A stretch of DNA of 64,000 nt, taken from NCBI GenBank assembly GCA_033580375.1, contig GCA_033580375.1_4527.1; one strand, written 5' to 3'. Positions within the stretch are counted from its first letter, which is position 1; every line of letters begins with the position of its first letter. The translations under genes and the position numbers were made by a program. Positions 8,212-17,858 of the stretch are shown here, piece after piece. The notes beneath the pieces are model-generated. The model did not search any database and had not been told where the DNA came from. It worked only from the letters and a program-made list of their open reading frames with translations. This DNA comes from a phage.

Positions 8212-9654
8212 TTAAAATTTTAACTCATTGGCTAAGCTATCTAGGTCAGCCCGTGTTGCCTTGGCTTTACCTACGCGTTCCGTGCGATTCACCTCTGCCT
8301 GACGCATCTGAGCACCTGCGTTTTCATTTACCGTGTTAGGTGTGTTCATGCCTTCTTGCTCAATCTCAACCCATTTCTGATTGCCTTTACGTACACCCAT
8401 CAAGAACTTGTTCCACTTATTCTTATCACCATATCGTGATTTGATTTGTTTGATAAGTTGTTGTTCAGCTTGTGCAAGTTCTTCGGTTTCAATTACGGCC
8501 AACATGAAATCTGCTGTCGCCGGTAAACCTGCTGATTCTGCAATATCACTCATGTTCATGTCTGAAGCATCCCATGCTGCACGTCCTACTTGAGCTGCAG
8601 TCCATAGAACTGTTTCAGATTCTACTGCTAATGCACGAAGTTCTTCTGCGATAGCTTTAACTAATGTGTAACTATTTTCAGTGTAAACTCTGATACGACA
8701 AGACCCACAAATACCTAAGTAATCGACTATAATTACAGACGGCACAAAGTTCTTCTTAAGTTTCAATTCATTAAGCAATGCACGGAATGTATTAGCATTA
8801 GCTCCACCAGTAGGATACTGTTTAACTACTAAACGTCCTAATGTTGATTTTGAACGCCATTTTTCCATCTTGGCTTTATATTCAGCATAAGATACGTTAC
8901 CATCATCGATATCATCGAGTGATACGTCAAGCATGTTTGCATCTATACGCTTAGCACAAACTTCTTCAGCCATTTCCATGGAAATATAAAGAACATTATG
9001 TCCTGTTTGAAGATAATCTGCAGCAAGTGAACAAAGGCCTAAAGATTTACCAACGTTAACACCAGCCATTAAAACGTTTAGTGTACCTGTTTCTGCACCA
9101 CCTTTAGTGATTTTATTCAGAATGTTTAATTTGAACGGGACCTTACGTGCTTTATTTAGATAAGAAAGCCAGCGTGATTCGTAGTCTTCCATCCAGTCAT
9201 GACCAACATAACTATCAAACGAAATTGAAAGTGCTTGACGCATAATATCAGGAATAGCTCCTACGTCAGGCATTTTCTTGTTACGTTGTTCTGGAGGTAG
9301 TTCGGCATTAGTCTGAATCTCAATGATTTTGGACGTGGCATTATACATCGCTTTTTGCTGGACATATTTCTCAGTTTCTTTAACCAACCATTCGTGGTCT
9401 TCAGGAGTATCAGCCAATTTTTCAATTAGGTCTGAAGTTCCTTTATATTCGGCTTCAGTTAAAGAACTGTTATCTAAAGCCACCTTTAATGCATTGATAG
9501 ATGGCATTGCATTATATTCGTTAACGTGGCTCTTTATAATTTTAAAGACATTTTTTGCCGGTCCACGCTCAAAATACTCAGAATCCATATAAGGCCAGAC
9601 CTTAGAAAAATAAGCCTGGTCGTATACGAGATGAGACAAAATAATTTCTACCAC
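8212..9654 (-). CDS. 41: replicative DNA helicase gp41 (DnaB-like)
   Basis: 480 aa; Walker A GVNVGKS, DnaB-family layout, matches T4 gp41. Confidence 0.9.
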   Translation of the reverse strand: MVEIILSHLVYDQAYFSKVWPYMDSEYFERGPAKNVFKIIKSHVNEYNAMPSINALKVALDNSSLTEAEYKGTSDLIEKLADTPEDHEWLVKETEKYVQQKAMYNATSKIIEIQTNAELPPEQRNKKMPDVGAIPDIMRQALSISFDSYVGHDWMEDYESRWLSYLNKARKVPFKLNILNKITKGGAETGTLNVLMAGVNVGKSLGLCSLAADYLQTGHNVLYISMEMAEEVCAKRIDANMLDVSLDDIDDGNVSYAEYKAKMEKWRSKSTLGRLVVKQYPTGGANANTFRALLNELKLKKNFVPSVIIVDYLGICGSCRIRVYTENSYTLVKAIAEELRALAVESETVLWTAAQVGRAAWDASDMNMSDIAESAGLPATADFMLAVIETEELAQAEQQLIKQIKSRYGDKNKWNKFLMGVRKGNQKWVEIEQEGMNTPNTVNENAGAQMRQAEVNRTERVGKAKATRADLDSLANELKF

Positions 9655-9663
9655 GATAACTCC

Positions 9664-10026
9664 TTAAAAGAATTTAAATTTTTTCTTGGTTCGTTCATTA
9701 AAAGCTTGTTGTACCTGCATTGTAACACATTTTTCAACATGCGGCGCAAGTTCTGCTTTTCTGTCCTGGTCAAGAACTGCAAAGTCCATTACGATTTTAC
9801 CATCAACCCAGTCTAGTTTTGTAATATAGACTATATGATGAGAACCGTCTTCAAGTGTAATCAGAATCTCTTGAATGACGTTTTCCATTGCTGAACGGAT
9901 AATTTTAAGAGATTCATTAAACACTCGTTCTTTGCGAATGTCTTCCCCTTCCGAAGAAGGGGATTCATCAACGATTTCTAGATTTAAATCATCGAGATTA
10001 TTCATCGAAATCTTCCATTTCGTCAA
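9664..10026 (-). CDS. 40: gp40-like protein (head vertex assembly chaperone)
   Basis: 120-aa ORF in the conserved 41-40-uvsX position; call by synteny only. Confidence 0.45.
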   Translation of the reverse strand: MTKWKISMNNLDDLNLEIVDESPSSEGEDIRKERVFNESLKIIRSAMENVIQEILITLEDGSHHIVYITKLDWVDGKIVMDFAVLDQDRKAELAPHVEKCVTMQVQQAFNERTKKKFKFF

Positions 10027-11170
10027 GGTCGTTTTCTATATCTGCTGCAGATGGAGCATCAGAAGTTTTAACCGGAACTTTAGTTGTTGCTTTGCAATTA
10101 ATAAGGTCGTTAACTGCGTCATCAACTTCTTTAATAGAAGAGATAGCGCCTAGTTTATATTTAGTTTCAATTGCATCTCGGAAAGGTTTGTGTTTAAACA
10201 ACGGTCCCCAGAATTCTACGCAATCAGTAGCTTTAGCACGCCATGATTTCTCTTCACGAATCATTTCACCTGTTTCTTCGTCAAGGAATTCACGAGCATA
10301 CCAACCGGCTTTAGGTTTAACCACAAAACCAATTTCAGTTGCCATTTCTAACAAGCCACTGAATGGGTCAATACCGCCATCAAAATTAACCGTGATCGGG
10401 AAAGTAGATTTCTCTTTAACAGTACGAGATTTTTCTGCTTTCAACGTGAAGTCATAACCGGTCAATTCTGTACCTTCTTTAACCTGACGTTTAGAGATAA
10501 AGAATACAGTGTTAGCAGAGTAAAGAATACCTGTACCACCACCCATAATCTCTTTAGGATATAGTCCACCGATTTCCATTGCTGTATGGTTAATTGCAAC
10601 ACATGGAATATCTTTAATAGTCAGATACGGGGTCACAATACGGAACAGAGATTTAAGTGCCTTAGCACGAGACATATCACCTACGACTTTCTCGTTCAAT
10701 GCATCTTCGGTTTCTTTCTTAGATGCAGTATTACCGATTGAATCGATAAAGATAATAACTTTATCACCGCGTTCAATAGCGTCAAGCTGATTAGTCATAT
10801 CAACTTTAAGTTGTTCGACGGACTGAATTGGTGTGTGAACTACACGGTCTAAATCAACACCCATTGAACGAAAATAAGATTCTGAAGCACCGAATTCTGA
10901 ATCATAGAACAAACAAATTGCATCTTTATATTTCTTCATATACGCTGCAACCATGGTCAGCCCAAACAATGTTTTAAAATGTTTAGAAGGTGCAGCAAAA
11001 ATAGTCAAGCCTGATTGCAATCCTGCATTCAGAGCACCACCTAGTGCAATATTCAACATCGGAATACGAGTAGGGACTTCATCGCGATTATTAAACAGCT
11101 TAGACTTAGTCAAGTCTGCAGTCATTTTAGAAGTAGAAGCTTTAATCAGACGAGATTTTAAATCAGACAT
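9998..11170 (-). CDS. uvsX: recombinase UvsX (RecA-like)
   Basis: MSDLKSRLIKASTSK...RIPMLNIALGG...NHT...WYAREFLDEETGEMIREEKSWRAK nearly co-linear with T4 UvsX. Confidence 0.9.
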   Translation of the reverse strand: MSDLKSRLIKASTSKMTADLTKSKLFNNRDEVPTRIPMLNIALGGALNAGLQSGLTIFAAPSKHFKTLFGLTMVAAYMKKYKDAICLFYDSEFGASESYFRSMGVDLDRVVHTPIQSVEQLKVDMTNQLDAIERGDKVIIFIDSIGNTASKKETEDALNEKVVGDMSRAKALKSLFRIVTPYLTIKDIPCVAINHTAMEIGGLYPKEIMGGGTGILYSANTVFFISKRQVKEGTELTGYDFTLKAEKSRTVKEKSTFPITVNFDGGIDPFSGLLEMATEIGFVVKPKAGWYAREFLDEETGEMIREEKSWRAKATDCVEFWGPLFKHKPFRDAIETKYKLGAISSIKEVDDAVNDLINCKATTKVPVKTSDAPSAADIENDLDEMEDFDE

Positions 11171-11269
11171 TGTATTTTTCCATAGGCATCATTATATTTT
11201 ACTCATGTTTAAAAGATAAGATGATTATATACTAATGATTATACAGCATTTAAAACTTTAAACAGGCTC

Positions 11270-11818
11270 TTAACGAGCCCATTTGATGATTTCTGTAATC
11301 AAATCATTACGTTCGCTTGCATTAAATCCTATAACTTTGTTAGCACCATCATGATTAAGTAATTGATACGTTTGGATTTTGTTATGAATTGCAAACTCTT
11401 CAAAATGTGAAATGACTGTATTAAAACTGAGTGAAGACAAAGTAATAAGATCGTCTTCAAAACTTTCAGTCATTTCGTTACGTGTTAAAATAATTGTGAA
11501 CACGTCATGGTTTTGGCAAAGACGAACATAATCCTGCTCATAAACATCAAGAACCGAGTCCGCATCTTGTCGAATACGTCCATAAACCCAGTTACTAATA
11601 TATCCACGGTCTAACAGATAAATCTTAGTAGGGTCTAAATAATTCAACATCGTTTCGAAACAACCAACTTCATTTCGAGACTTAACATCGAAACGTCCAT
11701 CAACTGTTCGTTTAGGGAAATCAATCTTTACATATCTTTCACTAATTTCCATTATGACATTAATGAAAGTTGTTTTGCCGGCATTATCTGGGCCATCTAC
11801 TAAAATAATTTTAGCCAT
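11270..11818 (-). CDS. thymidylate-kinase-like P-loop nucleotide kinase
   Basis: 182 aa; ILVDGPDNAGKTT Walker A and DRGYISNWVYG resembling the Tmk DR motif. Confidence 0.5.
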   Translation of the reverse strand: MAKIILVDGPDNAGKTTFINVIMEISERYVKIDFPKRTVDGRFDVKSRNEVGCFETMLNYLDPTKIYLLDRGYISNWVYGRIRQDADSVLDVYEQDYVRLCQNHDVFTIILTRNEMTESFEDDLITLSSLSFNTVISHFEEFAIHNKIQTYQLLNHDGANKVIGFNASERNDLITEIIKWAR

Positions 11819-11819
11819 T

Positions 11820-12716
11820 TTATTCCTCGATTACGACATCTTCGTATTTAGGTATATTATACGGCGAAGAAATTAAAGCATTAAAGTAGATGAACTCACC
11901 AAGACCTGGATGGAATACTTCTTCAGGATTTTCGAAATATTGAATCTTCGGACGTCCTTTAAGAATTTGATAGTACTCAGTTTTAGTTGGTTTAAAAATT
12001 CGAATCAGCGCTTCTTCAGGATACTTATTTCTGTCGAAGCTATTATTTGGATCGGTTATATAAAGTGGTTGTCCTAATTGAATTGCACATTCAACCACTT
12101 GTTCAAAATGATAACACGGATCACTAATTCGAAATGGATGAAAAATACCATCTACATGAATAGGAGCCAAATCACCTACAAGACGCTGCATGATGGAAGG
12201 ACGTATAACTTTCTGCGTTACGATAATCTTATTATCTGCGCCAGCGTTAACCAGCACTTCTTTTTGACGTTCATTCAACACAGTAGTTTGAAGTGAACGA
12301 TTAACCGACAACATGTCGGTTTTTAAGAATTCGTCAATATAAAAACGTGGTTTATTAGGGTCTGCAGTGATATTGAAATTGAATTCTACATCAAAAGCGC
12401 CGTCATATCCAGTGATATCTGTGATTAGAAAATCACAATCATAATAAGCAATTAATGAATCAACAACAAATTCATTTTCAGACCAGAAATATTTACGAGT
12501 GTTATACGCGTTATCTTTATACCATAATGGAACAAACTTAAATTCTGGGAAAAGACGTTCACATTCTTTAATATCAGATGCATTACGTGGATATGTAATC
12601 ACATCACCCGGATTAGCACGGTGCAAATGAAGTTGGAAGTTGCCATCCTTAAGGATAGCATACTGTCCAGTTTCATAAGACCGCATACTCAAGATTGGTA
12701 CGCGGAAAATAGCCAT
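11820..12716 (-). CDS. hypothetical protein at the T4 beta-gt position; candidate DNA-modifying transferase
   Basis: 298-aa ORF; no similarity to T4 beta-gt recognisable by eye. Confidence 0.45.
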   Translation of the reverse strand: MAIFRVPILSMRSYETGQYAILKDGNFQLHLHRANPGDVITYPRNASDIKECERLFPEFKFVPLWYKDNAYNTRKYFWSENEFVVDSLIAYYDCDFLITDITGYDGAFDVEFNFNITADPNKPRFYIDEFLKTDMLSVNRSLQTTVLNERQKEVLVNAGADNKIIVTQKVIRPSIMQRLVGDLAPIHVDGIFHPFRISDPCYHFEQVVECAIQLGQPLYITDPNNSFDRNKYPEEALIRIFKPTKTEYYQILKGRPKIQYFENPEEVFHPGLGEFIYFNALISSPYNIPKYEDVVIEE

Positions 12717-13432
12717 TAGTCAAGGAATCCTTTAACATAATCAAAATCACGTTCAAACACATGGGCACTTACCATGGTATGAGTATAATCACCAACTTCT
12801 ACACCGCATTCGTTAGCGATATAATGAAGTAATTTTCCTTGGAGATAAAAATCCAACTGCATAACAACAGCACAGTTCTGAGAACGCATATGACAGTGGG
12901 TATAAAGCTTACCATCACGAATATAATAAGTCACTGAGTCAGTACATGGATATTCAAGTGTTTCATCTGAATCAAGCAAAGCCTGATCAGAACTTTCTAG
13001 AATTTGGAACACAACTCTTCGAGAGTTAGGTTTTTCTTTAAGTTCTTTTAGAAGAGCTGGTAATTGAGCCGCAATGCGAGGACCATAGAAAGTGTTGAAG
13101 TTTGCAGGCAAAGCATCTGATTTTGGTTTAGAAATAAATTTAGCGACATTAGGATATGCCTTAAACGCTTCTTCTGCATCAGTACCACCGGAAATCATAA
13201 ACTTCCAGAAGTCTTCGGCATATTCATAAGATATGCGATTAATACGTGGGTCGGTCATTTTGAATGATGATGGAGTGTCAACAACTACTGTCATAGACCC
13301 AATTTCATTACAACGTCCAATACGAGAATCAGTTACGAATTCTGGGTTTTCTAAAATTTCACGATTGACTGCTTTAAATGCGGTTTGAAAATCTGCGGCT
13401 TTGATATATTTCATTGTGTTATGTTTTCCCAT
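12716..13432 (-). CDS. 42: dCMP hydroxymethylase gp42 (thymidylate-synthase fold)
   Basis: 238 aa; YPCTDSVTYYIRDGKL (catalytic Cys) and HMRSQNCAVVMQLDF resemble T4 gp42/ThyA motifs; syntenic position. Confidence 0.8.
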   Translation of the reverse strand: MGKHNTMKYIKAADFQTAFKAVNREILENPEFVTDSRIGRCNEIGSMTVVVDTPSSFKMTDPRINRISYEYAEDFWKFMISGGTDAEEAFKAYPNVAKFISKPKSDALPANFNTFYGPRIAAQLPALLKELKEKPNSRRVVFQILESSDQALLDSDETLEYPCTDSVTYYIRDGKLYTHCHMRSQNCAVVMQLDFYLQGKLLHYIANECGVEVGDYTHTMVSAHVFERDFDYVKGFLD

Positions 13433-13710
13433 GTTTACCTCAATACAATTTATTATATACTCAATTCGTAAAGCTTATTTGAATTTCTTGGCAATGTTGA
13501 TATAACGTAAAGCTTCAGCATCGATACTTCCAAGAACACTATGAAGAAATGCATCAGCTTAGTATTCTAATTGAACAGGTTCTTTAATCACTTTAGCCGC
13601 TTTGGTTTCAAACAGGCCCATAAGGGCCTTTTTAAGAATTTGTTCGTTAGTGTTCAGTTTCATAGTCAAAATCTCTTCATTAAGTTTATAATTAAAAGCT
13701 TTTCTAGAAA

Positions 13711-14871
13711 TCATTCCGGGTACCTCAAAGCGTCATCAGAGTTAGTTATATCAATAATAGATATGGAGTTTTCTGCTAACCCGTTTTTAGATAATTGACG
13801 TTTGTAATATCTTTCACAATATGTACACGTTGACCCACAGATTTCATTAGCACAATCGAAATCCGGATGTCTGAACCACCTTTTTTCTAAAAAGCCATCT
13901 AACAAAGAGGTTTCAATATTTACTGTATGTGAAAACTCAGTCTCATTTTCAAGAGTGAAAATAGTCTCTAAAGGCTTCCACAGTTCTAACAAATTACCTT
14001 CAAACTTTTCAGAAGCGTATGCTTCAAGAACTTTCAAAATGTAGTCTGTGCTACCTGTACGTCCTGAAACTTTGAATTGAGTGATACCAATATCATTATA
14101 AAGTTTCAAATCTTGAGGACGAACAAAACGAGTTCTCAGCCAGTTAAATGGGTCTGTATCACGAGCTTTAATGCAGTGTTGCATTGGATATCCATTTAAG
14201 GATTTAGCATCATCAGCGGTAACATCAGTACTATGGAAAATATAGCAAGAGTCACGATAACTACAATGTGTTGTATACCCTTTACCAGCATTAGAACAGA
14301 ACTCATTTACAAGAACTTCAAATATTATATTGTTCTTATTGCAAAACTCTGCTGCACGCTTCAGGAAAGAAACTGAACGGTTCTTATGAATTCCACAGCA
14401 GACCTTTTTGATATTATATTGGTCATGCAAGTATTTGATTTGAGTTACGGCATCAACATGTAGAATTGTTGAAACTTCAATCTCAATATCTTTATTGACT
14501 TCACGAACAATTTCCATAACAACAGGGTTAGCGATAGTAATACGCCATACACCTATTGACCAAAGATACTGAACATAATCCTGAATAGCTTTCTTCTTCC
14601 ACTCAACTAGTTCTCTTTTTGAACCAGGATTTATCGTGTTGAGTGTATAGTTAAAGCAAATACCTAATTCGTTACAACGTTTAACATAGTCTTCTAACAT
14701 TTTTTTGTCAACGTCAGGAAGCCTAAAATCAGGTCTGGCTGCTACAAAAGCCATTTCTCTTGTAGAGCCATATACTTCGTTTATCAAGCTATTAGGATAA
14801 GTTTTATTGAGCTCTACGATTTTATCAAGAAGAGCTAAATCAAAATTCGTTCCGATTTTAAAAGTATTCAT
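13711..14871 (-). CDS. hypothetical Cys-rich protein, function unknown
   Basis: 386 aa; C-terminal CANEICGSTCTYC cluster plus further conserved-looking Cys; lies between gene 42 and the sugar-nucleotide genes. Confidence 0.5.
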   Translation of the reverse strand: MNTFKIGTNFDLALLDKIVELNKTYPNSLINEVYGSTREMAFVAARPDFRLPDVDKKMLEDYVKRCNELGICFNYTLNTINPGSKRELVEWKKKAIQDYVQYLWSIGVWRITIANPVVMEIVREVNKDIEIEVSTILHVDAVTQIKYLHDQYNIKKVCCGIHKNRSVSFLKRAAEFCNKNNIIFEVLVNEFCSNAGKGYTTHCSYRDSCYIFHSTDVTADDAKSLNGYPMQHCIKARDTDPFNWLRTRFVRPQDLKLYNDIGITQFKVSGRTGSTDYILKVLEAYASEKFEGNLLELWKPLETIFTLENETEFSHTVNIETSLLDGFLEKRWFRHPDFDCANEICGSTCTYCERYYKRQLSKNGLAENSISIIDITNSDDALRYPE

Positions 14872-14929
14872 TTTTTTGCATCTCGCGTTAATTGATGCGA
14901 TGGGTTTTTTGCAGGTCTTACTTAAATTA

Positions 14930-15331
14930 TTATAGATTCGGTTTATACGATTTAAATGTTTCGAATTCGCCTTTATTCATAAGAGCTTTGAATTCGTCAG
15001 GACGCATAGCTTTGTCGTCGATAATCCAATCATATACTGGTTTATGTGTTAGCAAATTATGGTACTTCAAACCAATGTTTTCCAAGTTCTGAATCAGACT
15101 TGGGAGAATGTCAATTGCTATACGACCAGGACCTACTGACTTCATACCACGAGCAGTGTAAAGCGTTATGGTATGCCCTGCATCATACAGGGCATTAATG
15201 GCGGTCACCATTTCGACGTCTGGTTTGAAGTTCGCGTAATCACGATTGTTATTCCATTCCGTGATGCAATCATCGACATCAAAACAAAGATTAAGCATGT
15301 TTTCTACACGGCGCATTAGATTCGTTCCCAT
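14930..15331 (-). CDS. small HAD-superfamily sugar-phosphate phosphatase (KdsC/GmhB-like)
   Basis: 133 aa; FDVDDCI DxD nucleophile motif near N-terminus, TARG motif II. Confidence 0.55.
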   Translation of the reverse strand: MGTNLMRRVENMLNLCFDVDDCITEWNNNRDYANFKPDVEMVTAINALYDAGHTITLYTARGMKSVGPGRIAIDILPSLIQNLENIGLKYHNLLTHKPVYDWIIDDKAMRPDEFKALMNKGEFETFKSYKPNL

Positions 15332-17001
15332 TGATGAGTGATATCGCCACCGATTGGACGATAGGAAACACCAGTTTCTTTATCAGTTAGTACCCATTTA
15401 CCAGGATTTTTTGTAATCAGAGTAGCCGTTACAGGTTCTGCTACGTCATAACTAATAGAGCCGTCTTGAAGTACACGACCCATGTTACGTAATTGCTTAG
15501 TCAGAAGTTCCATACCTTTATAATATGCGGCTACCGCTTTAAGTGGATTATTCTTGAAATAACCACCTAATGCAATCCAGATAATCGCCACTGCCAAATG
15601 ATGATACTCGTTAAACGAACTCATCTTTCCATATTTGTAAACTAATGGATTGATGTTAATAGTCACATTACAAGTTGTTTCGTCAATAGTAAACTGTCCC
15701 CAGGTCGGATTAGCATTGAATTCATCATAACCTGAAACAGCATAAAGCACTTTAGCTTCATCGTACAATTTTGGCCCGTAAATCTTGGTTTCACCAAAAT
15801 ATCCACGAGGGTCGATAAACTTGACTTCGCCGTTATCAGTAATCATAGTATTACTGAAGTTCGGGTCACCGTGAATAACAGAGTACTGTCCCTGAGAACG
15901 GTTATGATAACGAATAAGGTGTTCTAAAGCTTGTTTCAACATTGGCTTCAGACGTCCAATCTTAGTGTAGTTCACATGTGTGATTTTACCAAATGAATCA
16001 ATCAATGGTTGAATGCTTTCACAACGATCAATAACTTTCGTATAGAATTCTTTAGTGAAATCACGACGAACAGTTTCAGGACTTACAAAATAAATGTCTG
16101 TGCTGAATTTCAGTGCATCTAAAATTGCATCAACAATTTGTGGACGAGCAAGACTTGATTTGGATTTAATATATTCAAATGCTGGCTTACCTTTAATGCG
16201 TTCCATTTCAAAGTTATTTTCATTAACAGAAACTAACTGAGGAACTGAATCTGATTTTACTTTCAAATACCATGAAATCTCATCTTTTTGAAGAGCTCGT
16301 CCCTGTTCTGTTAATGCGAATTTAGTTACAGTTTCTTCACCAATTTCAACTGCATTAAAACTACGATTAAGTTCACGAACTTCATGAGCCTTTTCAAGTT
16401 TAGGCATATCACCTAAATCAATTAGATTCATAAGCTCTGATTTATTGAATGCACTGCCGTAAAGGAATTCTACAAAATCACGTCCTTTACAGTATTCGTG
16501 AATTTCCTCGTCAGTAGAACCCATGTAGAATTCCCAGTCTTTGAACTGATAAATTCCTACAACATTACCGCCTGTTGAACCTACGTTAGTGATATTTTCA
16601 CCATCGAAATTATATCGACATTCATCACCCTTAACATAGATTGCGTTAACATTCCAAGACCATGAACCAAAATCTGGAATAATATCACACCAGTTAACAA
16701 CTACGTTATGGCCGTCTAAATCTTTATGTAATTTAGCAAGAGCATAAGCAGAACCATACGCTTCATCAACTGTACGAATAGTCACATTGAACCCTTCTTG
16801 CTCACAATAAGCTCGAACAGTTTCAGCAAATTTTGAATGAACTACTACAATAATTTCATCTGCACCAAGGTCAGAATAAATTGTATACAAATTGCTCAGA
16901 ATAGTGTCTTGTTTATAGTTCACAAGAACTTTTGGAATATGGTGAGTAATTGGATATAAACGAGTTGCCAGTCCAGCACCAAGAATAACAGCTTTTTTCA
17001 T
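15316..17001 (-). CDS. bifunctional sugar-1-phosphate nucleotidyltransferase (N-term) / APH-type sugar kinase (C-term)
   Basis: 561 aa; N-term ILGAGLATRLYPIT (RmlA/GalU-like G-x-G-x-R), C-term HGDPNFSN Brenner motif and FIDPRG as in choline/aminoglycoside-kinase fold. Confidence 0.65.
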   Translation of the reverse strand: MKKAVILGAGLATRLYPITHHIPKVLVNYKQDTILSNLYTIYSDLGADEIIVVVHSKFAETVRAYCEQEGFNVTIRTVDEAYGSAYALAKLHKDLDGHNVVVNWCDIIPDFGSWSWNVNAIYVKGDECRYNFDGENITNVGSTGGNVVGIYQFKDWEFYMGSTDEEIHEYCKGRDFVEFLYGSAFNKSELMNLIDLGDMPKLEKAHEVRELNRSFNAVEIGEETVTKFALTEQGRALQKDEISWYLKVKSDSVPQLVSVNENNFEMERIKGKPAFEYIKSKSSLARPQIVDAILDALKFSTDIYFVSPETVRRDFTKEFYTKVIDRCESIQPLIDSFGKITHVNYTKIGRLKPMLKQALEHLIRYHNRSQGQYSVIHGDPNFSNTMITDNGEVKFIDPRGYFGETKIYGPKLYDEAKVLYAVSGYDEFNANPTWGQFTIDETTCNVTININPLVYKYGKMSSFNEYHHLAVAIIWIALGGYFKNNPLKAVAAYYKGMELLTKQLRNMGRVLQDGSISYDVAEPVTATLITKNPGKWVLTDKETGVSYRPIGGDITHQWERI

Positions 17002-17042
17002 GTTGAAGTCCTCATTGGTAAGTAGGAGTATTGTACACTATT

Positions 17043-17186
17043 CTAGTTAAAGCATTCATACTTTGCTTGTAGTCCAATCATAATCCATCCAATTACAAGT
17101 GTTGGAATCATTACTGGAGCCGTTAAGCTCCAGTAGATAGTCATGACAAGCATCAATAGTAAAAGTCCTATTGTTATTGCTTTCAT
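17043..17186 (-). CDS. small hydrophobic peptide at the T4 imm position
   Basis: 47 aa, below track threshold; ATG with GAGG SD, entirely hydrophobic. Confidence 0.3.
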   Translation of the reverse strand: MKAITIGLLLLMLVMTIYWSLTAPVMIPTLVIGWIMIGLQAKYECFN

Positions 17187-17818
17187 TGCTCGCCTCGTAA
17201 CATGGCACCTAGAGCACCGCCAGGGTGGAACTTAAGGAAATCATTAGAGGTAAATCCACGTTCAGACGAAAGGTTGATAGCAAACGTATCGATAAGCGCT
17301 AACAACAATGTAGTGGACATGGTCGGAGCTAAAGAGTTCTCGTCAACTTCTACCGCGATACCGGTACAGAACGTATAATCAAAAAGAGCTTCGTATTCTT
17401 GCGGAATGTCAGGGTTACAATGTAACAGAATCTGTTTAACCTGAGGACGAATCATACGAAGATGTTTAGCAACACCTATCATTTCTTCAGTCTTACCAGA
17501 ACGACTGATGTGAACTAATACATCATTAGGTGCAATAAATCCTGCGTCGCCATGAGAATAATGCCCAGTGTTCAAATACATGCTAGGAATACCGAGTGAA
17601 GCAAATGTCTCAGAAGCTTTAGTTGCAATATTAGCATTCTTACCAACACCTGTAATAATTACACGACTTTCATAATTACTCAGTCCAGGGCGTCGAAGAG
17701 TTTCAAGAATAGCATTATAACGAGCAGGGTTTTGACTAATTACTTTGGCCATAGCGGCCAAAGAAGAAGCTTGTTTTATGATTGCGTCAATAGCGATAGT
17801 AATAGGAGTAGTTTTCAT
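17183..17818 (-). CDS. SIS-domain sugar-phosphate isomerase (KdsD/GutQ-like arabinose-5-phosphate isomerase, single domain)
   Basis: 211 aa; ITGVGKNANIATKASETFASLG...HGDAGFIAPNDVLVHISRSGKTEE matches KdsD-type SIS motifs. Confidence 0.65.
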   Translation of the reverse strand: MKTTPITIAIDAIIKQASSLAAMAKVISQNPARYNAILETLRRPGLSNYESRVIITGVGKNANIATKASETFASLGIPSMYLNTGHYSHGDAGFIAPNDVLVHISRSGKTEEMIGVAKHLRMIRPQVKQILLHCNPDIPQEYEALFDYTFCTGIAVEVDENSLAPTMSTTLLLALIDTFAINLSSERGFTSNDFLKFHPGGALGAMLRGEQ

Positions 17819-17858
17819 ATTTCTCTCATTTAATTAGTTTACCGTCCTTGGCATTATA

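Noticed and set aside
13613-13634. Plus-oriented hairpin plus T-run (aggccc-ataa-gggcct-ttttt) as a terminator
   Set aside because: No plus-strand gene upstream for it to terminate; may affect antisense or late read-through only.
13711-14871. Assigning the 386-aa Cys-rich protein to the U32 peptidase/hydroxylase family
   Set aside because: Only a loose resemblance to the U32 Cys-containing signature; not supportable without a profile search.
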